A stretch of DNA of 39,673 nucleotides. Source: Chiloscyllium plagiosum (taxonomy: Eukaryota). How positions within the stretch are numbered: the first letter of the stretch is position 1; every line of letters starts with the position of its first letter. Below, in pieces: positions 1 through 11,386 of this stretch. Under the pieces are notes generated by a model. It had not been told where the DNA came from. It ran no database searches and saw nothing but the letters and a program-made list of their open reading frames with translations. A program made the position numbers and the translations under genes. The stretch is from positions 3,937,477 to 3,977,149 of the forward strand of contig NC_057718.1 in NCBI RefSeq assembly GCF_004010195.1, given 5' to 3'.

Positions 1-387
1 GTGTACAGTGGGAGGATTATGAGTAGTCAGTCTCGGGGAAAAGTGATCATTCCGAGGAAAACAGTGAGCAGGATGGGGAGAGAATGAGGGATCTTCACAT
101 AAGAATCTGCAGTATCTGAGCAATTAGTGGGTCACCAGATGGGGCTGAGATCAGGGAGAAGGGACTGGATGATGTGAGGAGTTCAGAGCCTCTCGTGGGG
201 GCAGGAAGTGGGGAAAGCCTGAGGCTGGGAGCTGTAATCGACAGCTGTCCTTTATTCAGGCAACGTCACTCTACATTCTGACCTAGCTGTTCCTCTTTAT
301 TTATTTACACTAATTGTTATGAAAGTTATTTAATTATACAAGTGTAGTTTGTTTGATCTGTTCCAACTCCACTGGTTCAATCTTATT

Positions 388-704
388 TTTAGATTAGATT
401 CCTTACAGTGTGGAAACAGGCCCTTCGGCCCAACCAGTCCACACCGACCCTCCGAAGAGTAACCCATCCAGACCCATTTCCCTCTGACTAATGCACCGAA
501 CACTATGGGCAATTTAGCATTGCCAATTCACTTGGCCTGCACATCTTTGGACTGTGGGTGGAAACCGGAGCACCTTGAGGAAACCCACACAGACACGGGG
601 AGAATGTGCAAACTCCACACAGACAGTTGCCTGAGGCCAGAATCGAACCTGGGACCCTGGTGCTGTGAGGCAGCAGTGCTAGCCATTGAGCCACCATGCT
701 GCCC
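388..704 (-). mobile_element. HE1-family SINE (tRNA-derived, elasmobranch)
   Basis: Reverse complement begins GGGCAGCATGGTGGCTCAATGGCTAGCACTGCTGCCTCACAGC, contains TGTGTGGAGTTTGCACATTCTCCCCGTGTC and ends ...CCACACTGTAAGGAATCTAATCT. Imperfect TSD caa(t/c)cttatt at 378-387 and 707-716. Absent at the paralogous site before V3. Confidence 0.9.
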
Positions 705-819
705 AACAACCTTATTCTGGTTCCCTATTTGTTATGCCTGAACTGTCCCTTTAACAACTGGCAGTACATTGTAACCTGAAGATTTAATTCTTAAATTCTT
801 GATGTTTTTTCCCCGAAAG

Positions 820-1164
820 GTGCATCTGGTCCAGTCCTTCTCCAATCTCCGATTGTGGAACATGTCACCAAGGGTCACACAGCCCAGTTACAGTGCACCA
901 TGAGGAATTCCACAGTGGCACAGACCAATGTTCACTGGTACAAACAAGAACCAGGGAGTCATGTGAAGTTGTTTTTATCACATAACAGAAATGGTTACAT
1001 AAGAAGGAGCCAAGGTTTTAATAATCGATTCCAGCCTTCCAGACACCATTACAATAACAGCTTCATTCTGACCATCACAAACGTACAGCCCAGTGATACT
1101 GGAGTCTATTACTGCTTAGTTTGGGGAAATGTCCTTGGTGAAGGAAGCCTGGTCATTGTAAACC
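820..1164 (+). CDS. Ig-superfamily V-set exon, germline-joined VJ type (copy V1); internal exon, phase 1-1
   Basis: Acceptor ttttttccccgaaAG (AG 818-819) and donor GTAAGT 1165-1170. Open frame GASGPVLLQSP...LQC...VHWYKQEPG...ILTITNVQPSDTGVYYC-LVWGNV-LGEGSLVIVN has both V-set Cys, Trp41, DxGxYYC and a J-like GxG motif. 345 bp, no stops. Confidence 0.93.
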
Positions 1165-1434
1165 GTAAGTAGAATTTCCTCTCCTCACAATCTCCTTCAC
1201 TAATAACCTCTTGCCCAGTGAATGAATTGGAGATCAGTTTGTGATCAAGAAGATTGAGGAGGTGATAGAGAGTGATCGCCAGGATGGATTCACCATGGGG
1301 AGGAAGCTGAGCTCAGGTTCAGTCATTGCCCAAAGTTGCCCCTCTGTGGTTAAGCTTCGGGGAGTATCTTTGGGAGGTAATGCCATGTGGCTGCAGAGCA
1401 GAAGAGGATGTTTCATCTTCACTGTGTCCTCATG

Positions 1435-1785
1435 GGCCACACGGTGGCTCAGTGGTTAGCACTGCTGCTGCACAGTGCCAGGGACCCGGATTCAATTCCA
1501 GCCTCGGGCAACTGTGTGGCGTTTGAATATTCTTCTCATGTCTGCGTGGGTTTCCTGCGAGTGCTCCAGTTTCCTCCCACAATTCAAAGATGTGTAGGTT
1601 AGGTGAATTGCCCATGCTAAGTTGCCCACAGTGTTCTGGGATGTGTAGGTTAAGTGCACTAGTTCGGGTAAATGTAGTGTAATAGGTTCAGCGAATGGTT
1701 CTGGGTGGGTCACTCTCCAGAGAGTTGGTGTGGATGTGTTGGACTGAATGGATTCTATTCTATTCTATTCTATTCTATTCTATTC
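1435..1785 (+). mobile_element. HE1-family SINE with (TATTC)n tail
   Basis: GGCCACACGGTGGCTCAGTGGTTAGCACTGCTG... head; six TATTC units at 1756-1785; short tcatg TSD. The empty site is at about 35806 in the V3 paralog. Confidence 0.88.
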
Positions 1786-2601
1786 ATGTTGGGCAGACAT
1801 TTGGAGAGAGTGGAAACAGCCTTGAGATGGTTGGAGGAGATAGAGGGACAATGCAGTGATGGGGGAGATGGAAAGGTTGAGCAGGTTTCTGAGGGTGAAA
1901 TGGTGATGGCAAGGTGCTCAGGAATGGTGCCCTAGGCACAGCACAGAGATGCTTAGAGTCTGGAGAAGAGACCACTGGTGCTGGGAGGAAGCTAGTGGTA
2001 GGAACCATCAGAAGGGGACCCTGAGAGAGCAGTGTTGGGAGCTGCAATGTGTGTCTGAGACTTTTCAACAGAAGGTGGACTCAATATTTTTCAAATGAGT
2101 GGAGAGCTGAGAGAGTAAGTGGATAGAGAGAGATTGAGACCCACAGTCACACCGAGATCAGTTGTGATGTTGATCAATGGAGACTCTGTGCTGGGGCTGA
2201 GAGTGAATCTGGATTTCAGGATCTGAAACAGGGAGTGGATATGAGCTGGTTCCCCATTACAAGAGGCAAGAGGCAAGAGGCAGTTGGATGGATGGTCTGG
2301 ATTGTGGGGGCAGAGGGACTTTGTGTGGTGCTGCTGATTGGCCTGGGAAGGAGCATTGTTGAAGTGAGGGGCTCTGTGCTCATATTTCCCTCATACAGGC
2401 AGTTAACTATTTGGATAAATTTTCTGATAGTTCATTGAGTTTGTTAAGGAGCAGTTCCTTTTGTATGGTATATTAGCAACTTAGATAAAGAAGGTTTCCA
2501 ACCGTGACAAAGAGAGATAATTTACTGGGACCAGACAGCAAACAGGGTGTGAGTACACAGTGTTTCTCTTTGGTCCAGGTGGAGGGTAGCATCCAGAGAA
2601 C

Positions 2602-4475
2602 ATAGAGTCATAGAGATGTATAGCATGGAAACAGACCCTTCGGTCCAACCCGTCCATTCCGACCAAATATCCCAACCCAATCTAGTCCCACCTGCCAACA
2701 CCCGGCCCATATCCCTCCAAACCTTTCCTGTTCATATATCCTCCAAATGCCTTTTAAATGTTGCAATTGTACCAGCCTCCACCACTTCCTCTGGTAGCTC
2801 ATTCCATATATGTACCACTCTCTGTGTGAAAAAATTGCCCCGTAGGTCTCTTTCATATCTTTCCCCTCTCACCTTAAACCTATGCCCTCTAGTTGTGGAC
2901 TCCCAGACCCCAGGGAAAAGACTTTGCCTATCCATGTACCTCATAATTTTGTAAACCTCTATAAGGTCACCCCTCAGCCTCCAACGCTCCAGAGAAAACA
3001 GCCTCAGACTGTTCAGCCTCTCCCTGTAGCTCAGATCCTCCAACCCTGGCAACATCCTTGTAAATCTTTTCTGAACCCTTTCAAATTTCACAACATCTTT
3101 CCGATAGGAAGGAGACCAGAATTGCANNNNNNNNNNNNNNNNNNNNNNNNNNNNNNNNNNNNNNNNNNNNNNNNNNNNNNNNNNNNNNNNNNNNNNNNNN
3201 NNNNNNNNNNNNNNNNNNNNNNNNNNNNNNNNNNNNNNNNNNNNNNNNNNNNNNNNNNNNNNNNNNNNNNNNNNNNNNNNNNNNNNNNNNNNNNNNNNNN
3301 NNNNNNNNNNNNNNNNNNNNNNNNNNNNNNNNNNNNNNNNNNNNNNNNNNNNNNNNNNNNNNNNNNNNNNNNNNNNNNNNNNNNNNNNNNNNNNNNNNNN
3401 NNNNNNNNNNNNNNNNNNNNNNNNNNNNNNNNNNNNNNNNNNNNNNNNNNNNNNNNNNNNNNNNNNNNNNNNNNNNNNNNNNNNNNNNNNNNNNNNNNNN
3501 NNNNNNNNNNNNNNNNNNNNNNNNNNNNNNNNNNNNNNNNNNNNNNNNNNNNNNNNNNNNNNNNNGACCTTACCATTAAGTGTATAAGTCCTGCTAAGAT
3601 TCGCTTTCCCAAAATGTAGCACCTCACATTTATCTGAATTAAACTCCATTTGCCACTTCTCAGCCCATTGGCCAATCTGATCAAGATCCTGTTGTAATCT
3701 GAGGTAACCCGCTTCACTGTCCACTACACCTCCAATTTTGGTGTCTTCTACAAACTTACTAACTGTACCTCTTATGCTCGCATCCAAATCATTTATGTAA
3801 AGGACAAAAAGTGGAGGACTCAGCACCGATCCTTTTGGCATTCCACTGGTCACAGGCCTCCAGTCTGAAAAACAACTCTCCACCACTTCCCTCTGTCTTC
3901 TACCTTTGAGCCAGTTCTGTATCCAAATGGCTAGTTCTCCCTGTATTCTTTGAGATCTAACCTTGCTAATCAGTCTCCCATGGGGAACCTTGTTGAATGC
4001 CTTACTGAAGTCCATATAGATCACATCTACCGTTCTGCCCTCATCAATCCTCTTTATTACTACCTCAAAAAACTCAATCAAGTTTGTGAGATATGATTTC
4101 CCGTGCACAAAACCATGTTGACTACCCTTAATCAGTCCTCACCTTTCCAAATACATGTACGTCCTGTCCCTCAGGATTCCCTCCAACAACTTGCCCACCA
4201 CCAAGGTCAGGCTCACCGGTCTGTAGTTCCCTGGCTTGTCTGAAACGCCTTTCTTAAACAGTGGTACCACGTTTGCCAACCTCCAGTCTCTGGCACCTTG
4301 CCTGTGACTATCGATGATACAAATATCTCAGCAAGAGGCCCAGCAATCACTTTTCTAGCTTCCCACAGAGTTCTAGGATACACCTGATTGGGTCCTGGGG
4401 ATTTATCCACCTTTACCATTTCAGGACATCCAGCACTACCTCCTCTGTAATATGGACATTTTGCAAGATGTCATC
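2602..4475 (-). mobile_element. HER1/CR1-type LINE, 5'-truncated ORF2 (RT) and 3' UTR; spans an assembly gap
   Basis: ORF 2732..4108(-): YMDFSKAF...SGMPKGSVLSP...YINDLD...QFWSP...RGHRFKVRG. CTCTATGACTCTATG tail at about 2602-2615. 3' end shared with HE1 SINE. Confidence 0.92.
3127..3565. other. Assembly gap (439 N)
   Basis: Run of N inside a HER1 LINE. Confidence 1.
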
Positions 4476-4477
4476 AT

Positions 4478-5318
4478 TTGGAACAGTCCGGCACAAGAAC
4501 AGGCCCTTCAGCCCATCAACTCTGTGCCAGTCATGATGCCATTCTTAATGAATCCCTCCCTGTAAATGTGTCTGTCTAAATACCTCTTAAACATTACTAT
4601 TGAATCTATTTATACCATCTTCCTTGGCAGTCCAGGCACCTACCACCCTCTATGTAAAAACTTATCTTCTTTACACTTCCTCCACCCAACCTTAAAACTA
4701 TACCCCCTAGTATTTGACACTCTGACTATCCATCCTAGCCACGTCTCTCATAATTTTGTAATTTCATCCCTCAGCCTCTGATTGTCTCACGAACACAATC
4801 TAAGTTTGCCCACCCTCTCCTTATAGATTAATATACTCCAATCCAGGCAACATCCTAGTAATCCTCTTTTGTACCCTCTCCAATGTCTCATCATCCTTCC
4901 AATAATGTGGTGGCTACAACATCACACAGTACTCCAAATGTGGCTGAACTAAAGTGCTATACAGCTGCAACATGACATGTCAATTTTTATACTCAACAGC
5001 ACAACCAAAGAAAACAAGAATGCCATATACATTCTTTCGCACCTTATTCATTTGTAATGCCACTTTCCAGGAGCTATGGACTTGAATCTTAAGATCTGTT
5101 TGTATATCAATTCTTGTAAGGGACTTGTCATTCACTGTATGCTTTCTTGTGGCATATGACCTCCCAAAATGCCTCACCTCACACTTGTCCAGATGAAACT
5201 CCACCTGTCATTTCTCCACTCAACGTTCCAACTGATCAAAATCCTGCTGTATCCTTTGACAACCTTCCTCAACTTTCACAACTCCACCAATTTTTGAGTC
5301 ATCTGCAAATTTACTGAA
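4478..5318 (-). mobile_element. Degraded CR1 LINE 3' portion
   Basis: Fragments MEFHLDKCEVRHFGR and FSKFADDSKIGGVV on the minus strand. Confidence 0.8.
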
Positions 5319-7546
5319 ACATAGAAAATAGGAGCAAGAGTAGGACATTTGGCCCTTCAAGCCTTCACCATCATTCAATACAATTATTGGCTGATCATGC
5401 AATTCCTGTATCCCATTTCTGCCCTCTCTACATACTCTCTGATCCACAAGGGACCATGTTCAGCTCCCGGGAGAAAGTGAGAACTGCAGATGCTGGAGAT
5501 CAGAGTCAAGGGTGTGGTGCTGGAAAGGACAGCAGGTCAGGTAGCATCAGAGGAGCAGGAGAATGGACGTTTTGGGCACTAGCCCTTCATCATGTCCAGC
5601 TCCCTCTTGAATATATCAAATGAACTAGCCCCAACAGCTTCCTGTGGGAGAGAATTCCACAGGTTCACAACTCTGAAGAAATTCTTCCTCATCTCAGTCT
5701 TGAGTGGTTTACCCTTTATTCTTAAGCTGTGTCCCCTAATTCTGAACTTCCCTAACATTGGGTATATTTTCCTGCATCTAGCCTGTCTAGTCCCATCAGG
5801 ATTTTATGTGTTTCTATGAGATCCTCCCTCACTTATCTAAATTCCTTTGAATACAATCCCAGTCATTCTAGTCTTTCCTTATATGTCAGTCGTGCCATCA
5901 GTCTGGTGAACTTTTGCCGAATTCTCTCAAGAATGTCCTTCCTTGGACTAGGAGAACAAAACTGCACACGATACTCAAGGCATGGCCTCACCAAGCCCTG
6001 TATAACTGCAGCAAGACATCCTTACTCTGATACTCCAGTTCTCTCACTATGAAGGCCAGCACACCATTAGCTTTCCTCAGCACCTGCTGCACCTGCATCC
6101 CAACCTTCAGCGATTGTTCCACCATGACACCTAGGTCTCGTTGCACGTCATCTTTTCTGAAATTGCCACAATTCAGATGATAATCTGCTTTCCTGTTTTG
6201 TGACCAAAATAGGTAACTTCACACTTATCCACATTATATTTCATCTGTCAAGTATTTGGCACTCTGTCCAAGTCACCCTGCAATCTCTTAGCATATGTCC
6301 CCACAGCACACACTGTCACCCTGCTTAATGTCATCTGCAAATATGGGGATATGGCATTCATTTAATTCATTCAAATGGTTATTGTATATTGTGAACAGCT
6401 GGGGTCCCAGCACTGTATCTTGCTGTACTTCACTCGTCACTGCCTGCCACTCTGAAAAGGACCTTTGTATTCTAACTCTCTGCTTCCTGTCTGCCAATCA
6501 GTTCTCTACCAATGTCAATACTTTACTTCCAATACCATGAACTTTGAGTTTCCTTCCTAATATCTTGTGTGGGACTTTGTCAAAGTCATTTGGAAGCCCA
6601 AATATGCAACATCTACTACTTTACCCATATCCACTCTACTGGTCACATGTTCAAAAAAAGTCCAGAAGATTTGTCAAGCCTGATTTCCCTTTAGTGAATC
6701 CATGCTGATTAGGACTGATTCTGTCACTTTCCAAATGCTCCGTTATTACATCATTAGTTACATCATTTTCCCCACCACTAATGTCAGGCTAACCAGCCTA
6801 TAATTCCACATTTTCTCTCTCCCTTCTTTTTTAAAGAATGGGGTTACATTAGCTACCCTCCAATCCATTGGAACTCTTCCAGAGTCTACAGAATGCTGAA
6901 AAATGATCAGGTTATTTCTATGGCCACTTCCTTAAGTACTTTGGGATGCAGATCATCAGGCCATGGGACTTATCAGGTTTTAATTCCATCAGTTTCCCCA
7001 ATACCATTTCCTGACTAATAAGGATTTCCTTCAGTTTCTCCTTCATGCTTGACCTTCTGTCTCTGAGCATTTCTTGAAGAAAGATCAAAAGTATTTGATC
7101 AACCATCAAAAGAAAAACAAAGTAATTATGGCTGCTGCAAATCCAAAACAAAAACAGAAGTTGCTGGAAAAGCTCAGCAGCTTTGACAGCATTCTTCAAA
7201 CTGTTATGAGGAAGAATGACAGACCTGAAACATTAACTGATTTCTCTTCTCAGATGCTGCCAAACCTGCTGAGTTTTGCCAGCAAATTCTGTTCTGGTAT
7301 TGTTCAACAGGTCTCCCATCTCTTTGTTGTTTATTATGAATCCAGCTGATTCTCACAGTCAGGGATCTACGTTTGTCTTCACCAGTCTTTTGCTGTTTCC
7401 ATATCTATCAAAGATTTTGCCGTTGGTTTTTACGTTTTCCACAAGCTTACTTTCATATTCTATTTTCCCTTTCCGAATTAAAGCCTTTGTCCTCCTCTGC
7501 TGAATTTTAAATTTCTCCCAGTCTTCAGGTTTGCTACTTTTTTCTG
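5319..7546 (-). mobile_element. CR1-type LINE (second subfamily) ORF2 remnant with small Penelope-end insertions (about 5469-5592 and 7090-7300)
   Basis: RKQRVRI...WQAVTS...VLGPQLFTIY...FADD; KLMELKPDKS; KSSKPEDWEKFKIQQRRTK. Paralogous to 36880-39000. Confidence 0.8.
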
Positions 7547-7619
7547 GTGAAGACAAATGTAGATCCCTTACTGTGTGAATCAGATGGATCTCTTAAGTAT
7601 CCTTGGCCAGCTTATCTTA

Positions 7620-8980
7620 GGTCCTCAAACATGCACACCCATAATAACTGCTGTTTCCTTACTGCATGCATCTCTAATTTACTGTTTGATTCAGTCCCCA
7701 ATTTCACAATTACTATTTGGTGGGCTGTACACAACTCCCACGAACTTATTTTTCCCTTTGGTGTTTCCCTGCTCCACCCGTACAGATTCCACAGGTCCAG
7801 TCTAATGTGCTCCCTTACTATTGTTTTAATCTTTTCCTTAACTAGTAACACTACCACAACTCCCTTTCCTTTCCATCTATATTTCCTGAAAATTCAATAA
7901 CCATGGACATTGAGTTCCCATTTTGGTCACTCTGGAGTCAGCTCTCTGTGATCCCAATTACGTCATATCCATTTGTAACTGTTTAAGCTATTAATCCATC
8001 CATTGCGAGAAGCATATGTAATCCATTATTACATATGCTTCTCGCAATGAGATATAAAGTTTTCAGGTTTGTATATTTTTGATATTTATAGTCCTTTTAG
8101 AAACATTGTGAAAAATGGCCCTTTTTGATTTTTGTCTTTCATTTCTCTGCCATCCACTTGCACTTTCCCCTTACTGTCCTTTGTTCTGTCCACTCTTACT
8201 TCCCTCTGACTTCCTGCATTGGTTCCCATCCCCCTGCCATATTAGATTAAACCCTCCCCTACAGCACGAGCAAACACTCCCCTGAGGGCATATGTTCCAG
8301 TTTGTACTGGTTTGTACTAGTTCTATCTCCCCCCGAACCAGTTCCAATATTCCAGGAATTTAATTCCCTCTCTCTTGCACTATCTTTCAAGCCACATATG
8401 CACCTTGGCTATCCTACCATTCGTACCCTGATTATCTCATGTCAATGGTAGCAATCCTGAGATTACTACCTTTGAGATCCGACTTGTTAGTTTAACTCCC
8501 AGCTCCCTAACTTCAGCTTATGGGACCTCATCCTGTCTTGTTTTTTAACTGATATAATTGGTATGTATATGCCCTCCCACAGCTGGCTGTTCATCCTCCC
8601 CATCCAGAATGTTCTGCAGCTGTTCCGAGACATCCTTGACGCTTGGACCAGGGAAGCAACATACCATCCCAGACTCTCATTTACAGCCGCAGAAACACCT
8701 ATCTGTTCCCATTACAATTGAATCCCCAATTACTACAGCTCTGACACTCTTTTCCATGCCCTCCTGGGGCAGCAGAGTCAGCCATGGTGCCATGAAGCCA
8801 GCTGCTGCCACCTTCCCCTGGTGAGCCATCTCCCCCAACAGTATCCAAAATAGTTATGCCTGTTACGGAGGGAAATGACTACAGGGGACCCCTGCACTGC
8901 CATCCAACTATTCCTCTGTCTGTTGGTCACCCATTCCCTATCTTCCTTAGTAATTTTTATCTGCAGGGTGACCAACTTAA
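7620..8980 (-). mobile_element. CR1 LINE ORF1 (SGNH esterase-like) and ORF2 endonuclease remnants
   Basis: Minus strand near 8640-8740 reads like RAVVIGDSIVMGTDRCFCG...MVCCFPG. GVVLLVKE-type endonuclease remnant at about 7800-7860. Confidence 0.7.
8001..8049. repeat. Perfect 22-bp inverted repeat (hairpin) with 5-nt loop
   Basis: cattgcgagaagcatatgtaat (8001-8022) / ccatt / attacatatgcttctcgcaatg (8028-8049). Confidence 0.95.
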
Positions 8981-8982
8981 GA

Positions 8983-9850
8983 ATCATAGAGTCATAGAGC
9001 TGCACAGCATGGAAACAGACCCTTCAGTCCAATTCGTCCATGTCGACCAAATATGCTAAACTAATCTCGCCCCATTTGCCAGCACTAGCCTATATCTCTA
9101 TACACCCTTCCTATTCATATACCCATCCAAATGCCTTGTAATTGTACCAGCCTCCATGACTTCACTCCCTGTGTGAAAAAGATCCCTTTTATAATTTTTC
9201 CCTCTCACCCTAAACCTATGCCATCTAGTTCTGGACTTCCTCACGCAAGGGAAAGGACATTGTCTATTTATCCTATCCATACCCCTCATGATTTTATAAA
9301 CCTCTATAAGGTCCCTTTTCAGCCTCTGACGGTCCAGGGAAAACAGCCTCAGCCTGTTCAGCCTCTCCCTTTAGCTGAAATCCTCCAACTCTGGCAACAT
9401 CCTTGTAAATCTTTTCTGAACCCTTTCAGGTTTCACAACATCTTTCTGATAGGAAGGAGACCAGAATTGCATGCAATATTCCAAAAGTGGTCTAACCAAT
9501 GTCCTGTACAGCCACAACATGACCTCCCAACTCCGATACTCAATGCTCTGACCAATAAAGGAAAGCACACCAAACGCCTTCTTCACTATCCTATCTACCT
9601 GTGACTCCACTTTCAAGGAGTTTTGAATCTGTATTCCAAGGTCTCTTTGTTCAGCACACTCCCCAGGACCTTACCATTAAGTGTAATAGTCCTACTAAGA
9701 TTTGCTTTTCCACAATGCAACACCTCACACTTATCTGAATTAAACTCCATCTACCACTCCTCAGGCCATTGGCCCACCTGAACAAGATCATGTTGTACTC
9801 TGAGGTCACCATCTTCACTGACCACTTCACCTCCAACTTTGGTGTCGTCT
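8983..9850 (-). mobile_element. HER1/CR1 LINE 3' end
   Basis: KVESQVDRIVKKAFGVLSFIGQSIEYRSWEVML...QFWSP; catagagtcatagag tail. Confidence 0.9.
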
Positions 9851-10500
9851 TACTGAATGTGCTATCCAGGATTCCCTCAGCCTCATGGATGTTCCCAAGT
9901 GAATCCAGCCACAGCTCCAGAGCTGTCAAATGGTCAGGCAGGAGTTGCAGCTGGACACACTTCCTGCACGTGAAGGAGTCAGGGACATCGGAATGATCCC
10001 TGAGTTCCTGCATTGCACAGGAGGAGCATTATATGGGTCTTGGATCTCCTGCCATGGCTTAACATTTCAGTTAACAACAGGAGCACAGTGAAGAGAAAAT
10101 GAGAGAGAAGAAAAACTGTTCACCAATCACTCACTTACCTTCACAGAAGGTATATGTCCTTCTGCTTCTCCTTTACCCTCAGGTCTTCAGCAGCTGCAGT
10201 TGTTTGATCCTCCTCCAACTGCCTTACCTCACTGCTGCTCACCCTCCTCACTGAGGCCCAGTATTGATGTAAACGTACACTTCAACCTCCAGCAGCAATT
10301 CACTCACAAAGCAGCCCTTCTCAAAATAATCACTTTGCTAAAGCTTGCCTTCCTTGTATTTACTCCTAGACGATTCCTCCCAGAATCCTTCTCAGTGGTG
10401 CCCTCAGTTGGATGCCCTCACACGGTTCTTCAGTGCTCCCCTCCTCAATGGCAGCGACTGAAACGACTTCTCCCAGAATCCTTCTCAGCAGTAACCTCTT
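9850..10500 (-). mobile_element. CR1 ORF1 N-terminus (CxxC zinc knuckle/coiled coil) and probable 5' UTR
   Basis: FTCRKCVQLQLL...LELWLDSL in ORF 9651..10013. Confidence 0.6.
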
Positions 10501-10501
10501 G

Positions 10502-11380
10502 TCAGATTAGTGCATTTTCATCCAAATAATTTGCATATATGACAAGCAACAGAGGTTCCACCACTGATCCTTGCAGAATACGACTGATCACACAACTACA
10601 GATAGTAAAACACCACTCCACAGTAACCCTCTGTCTTCTGTGGCCAAGGCAATTTTGTATCCAATTTGCCAACTCACCATGGATCCTTTGTAACTTAATC
10701 TTCTGCACCTGCCTACCATGAGAGACCTTGTCAAATGCTTTAGTAATGTTCATGTAGATAACACCCAATGTCTGATCTTCATCAGTCATGTTTGTCACTT
10801 CCTCAAATATGTAGACATAACGTCCTATATACAAAGCCATACTGACTATCCCCAATAAGTTCATGCTTTTCCAAATGCAAAAATAATTATTAAAAATATT
10901 CTCCAATTATTTCCCTACCACTGATGTAAAGCTCACCAGCCTATAATTTCCTAGATTATCCCTGTTATCTTTCTTAAACAAAGGAACAATATTAACTATT
11001 CTCCAGGCTTCTGGGACTTCACATGTGGTGAATGAGGATACAAAGATCTCTTTCAGGCCCCAACAATGTCCTCTCTTTCCTCCTATACTACCTTGGGACA
11101 ATTCCATCAGACCCTGGGGACTGACCTATCTAAATATTTTTCAAACCTCCCACCCAACACCACCTCCTTCTTATCAACATGCCCGAGAATATCAAGGACC
11201 CCTCCCTGATTTTTCCATCATGTTTCCTTCTCCTTTGTGAATATCAATGCAAATTAAGGACCACACCCACTTCTTCTGACTCCATGCATATATTACCTCC
11301 ATTGCCCTTGAGTGAACCTTCCCTTTCATTAGCCACCTCCTTATGCCCAATTAATGTGTAAAATACCTTGGGTTTCTTCT
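10502..11380 (-). mobile_element. CR1 LINE RT remnant
   Basis: YMNITKAFDKVSHG...QGSVVEPLL; WRIVNIVPLFKK...NYRLVS. Confidence 0.82.
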
Positions 11381-11386
11381 TAATCT

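Larger units (their letters stand above)
306..7620 (+). repeat. Segmental duplication unit containing V1, paralogous to 35023-39195
   Basis: Colinear similarity upstream (ttacactaat..gttat..tttgatctg..ggcagtac), across the exon and in about 1 kb of downstream flank. Shared TE junctions: 5310 vs 36875, 7075-7170 vs 38490-38600, 7595-7617 vs 39167-39190. Confidence 0.85.

Noticed and set aside
388-704. tRNA gene-like A/B boxes in repeated 300-bp units
   Set aside because: These are SINE heads (HE1), not tRNA genes.
855-1172. ORF-track starts and stops for the V domains (855, 29337, 35173)
   Set aside because: Artefacts of unspliced ORF calling; the true boundaries are the splice sites.
1200-2600. 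Short ORFs conserved between V1 and V3 downstream flanks (e.g. 1784..2068 and 35806..36090)
   Set aside because: Similarity is explained by the segmental duplication. There are no Ig C1 or TM motifs and frames are not preserved; likely ancient repeat-derived intron.
2882-3717. Long ORFs spanning N runs (also 15291-15815)
   Set aside because: Length is inflated by gaps. The first gap is longer than the missing HER1 segment, so a small hidden insert cannot be excluded.
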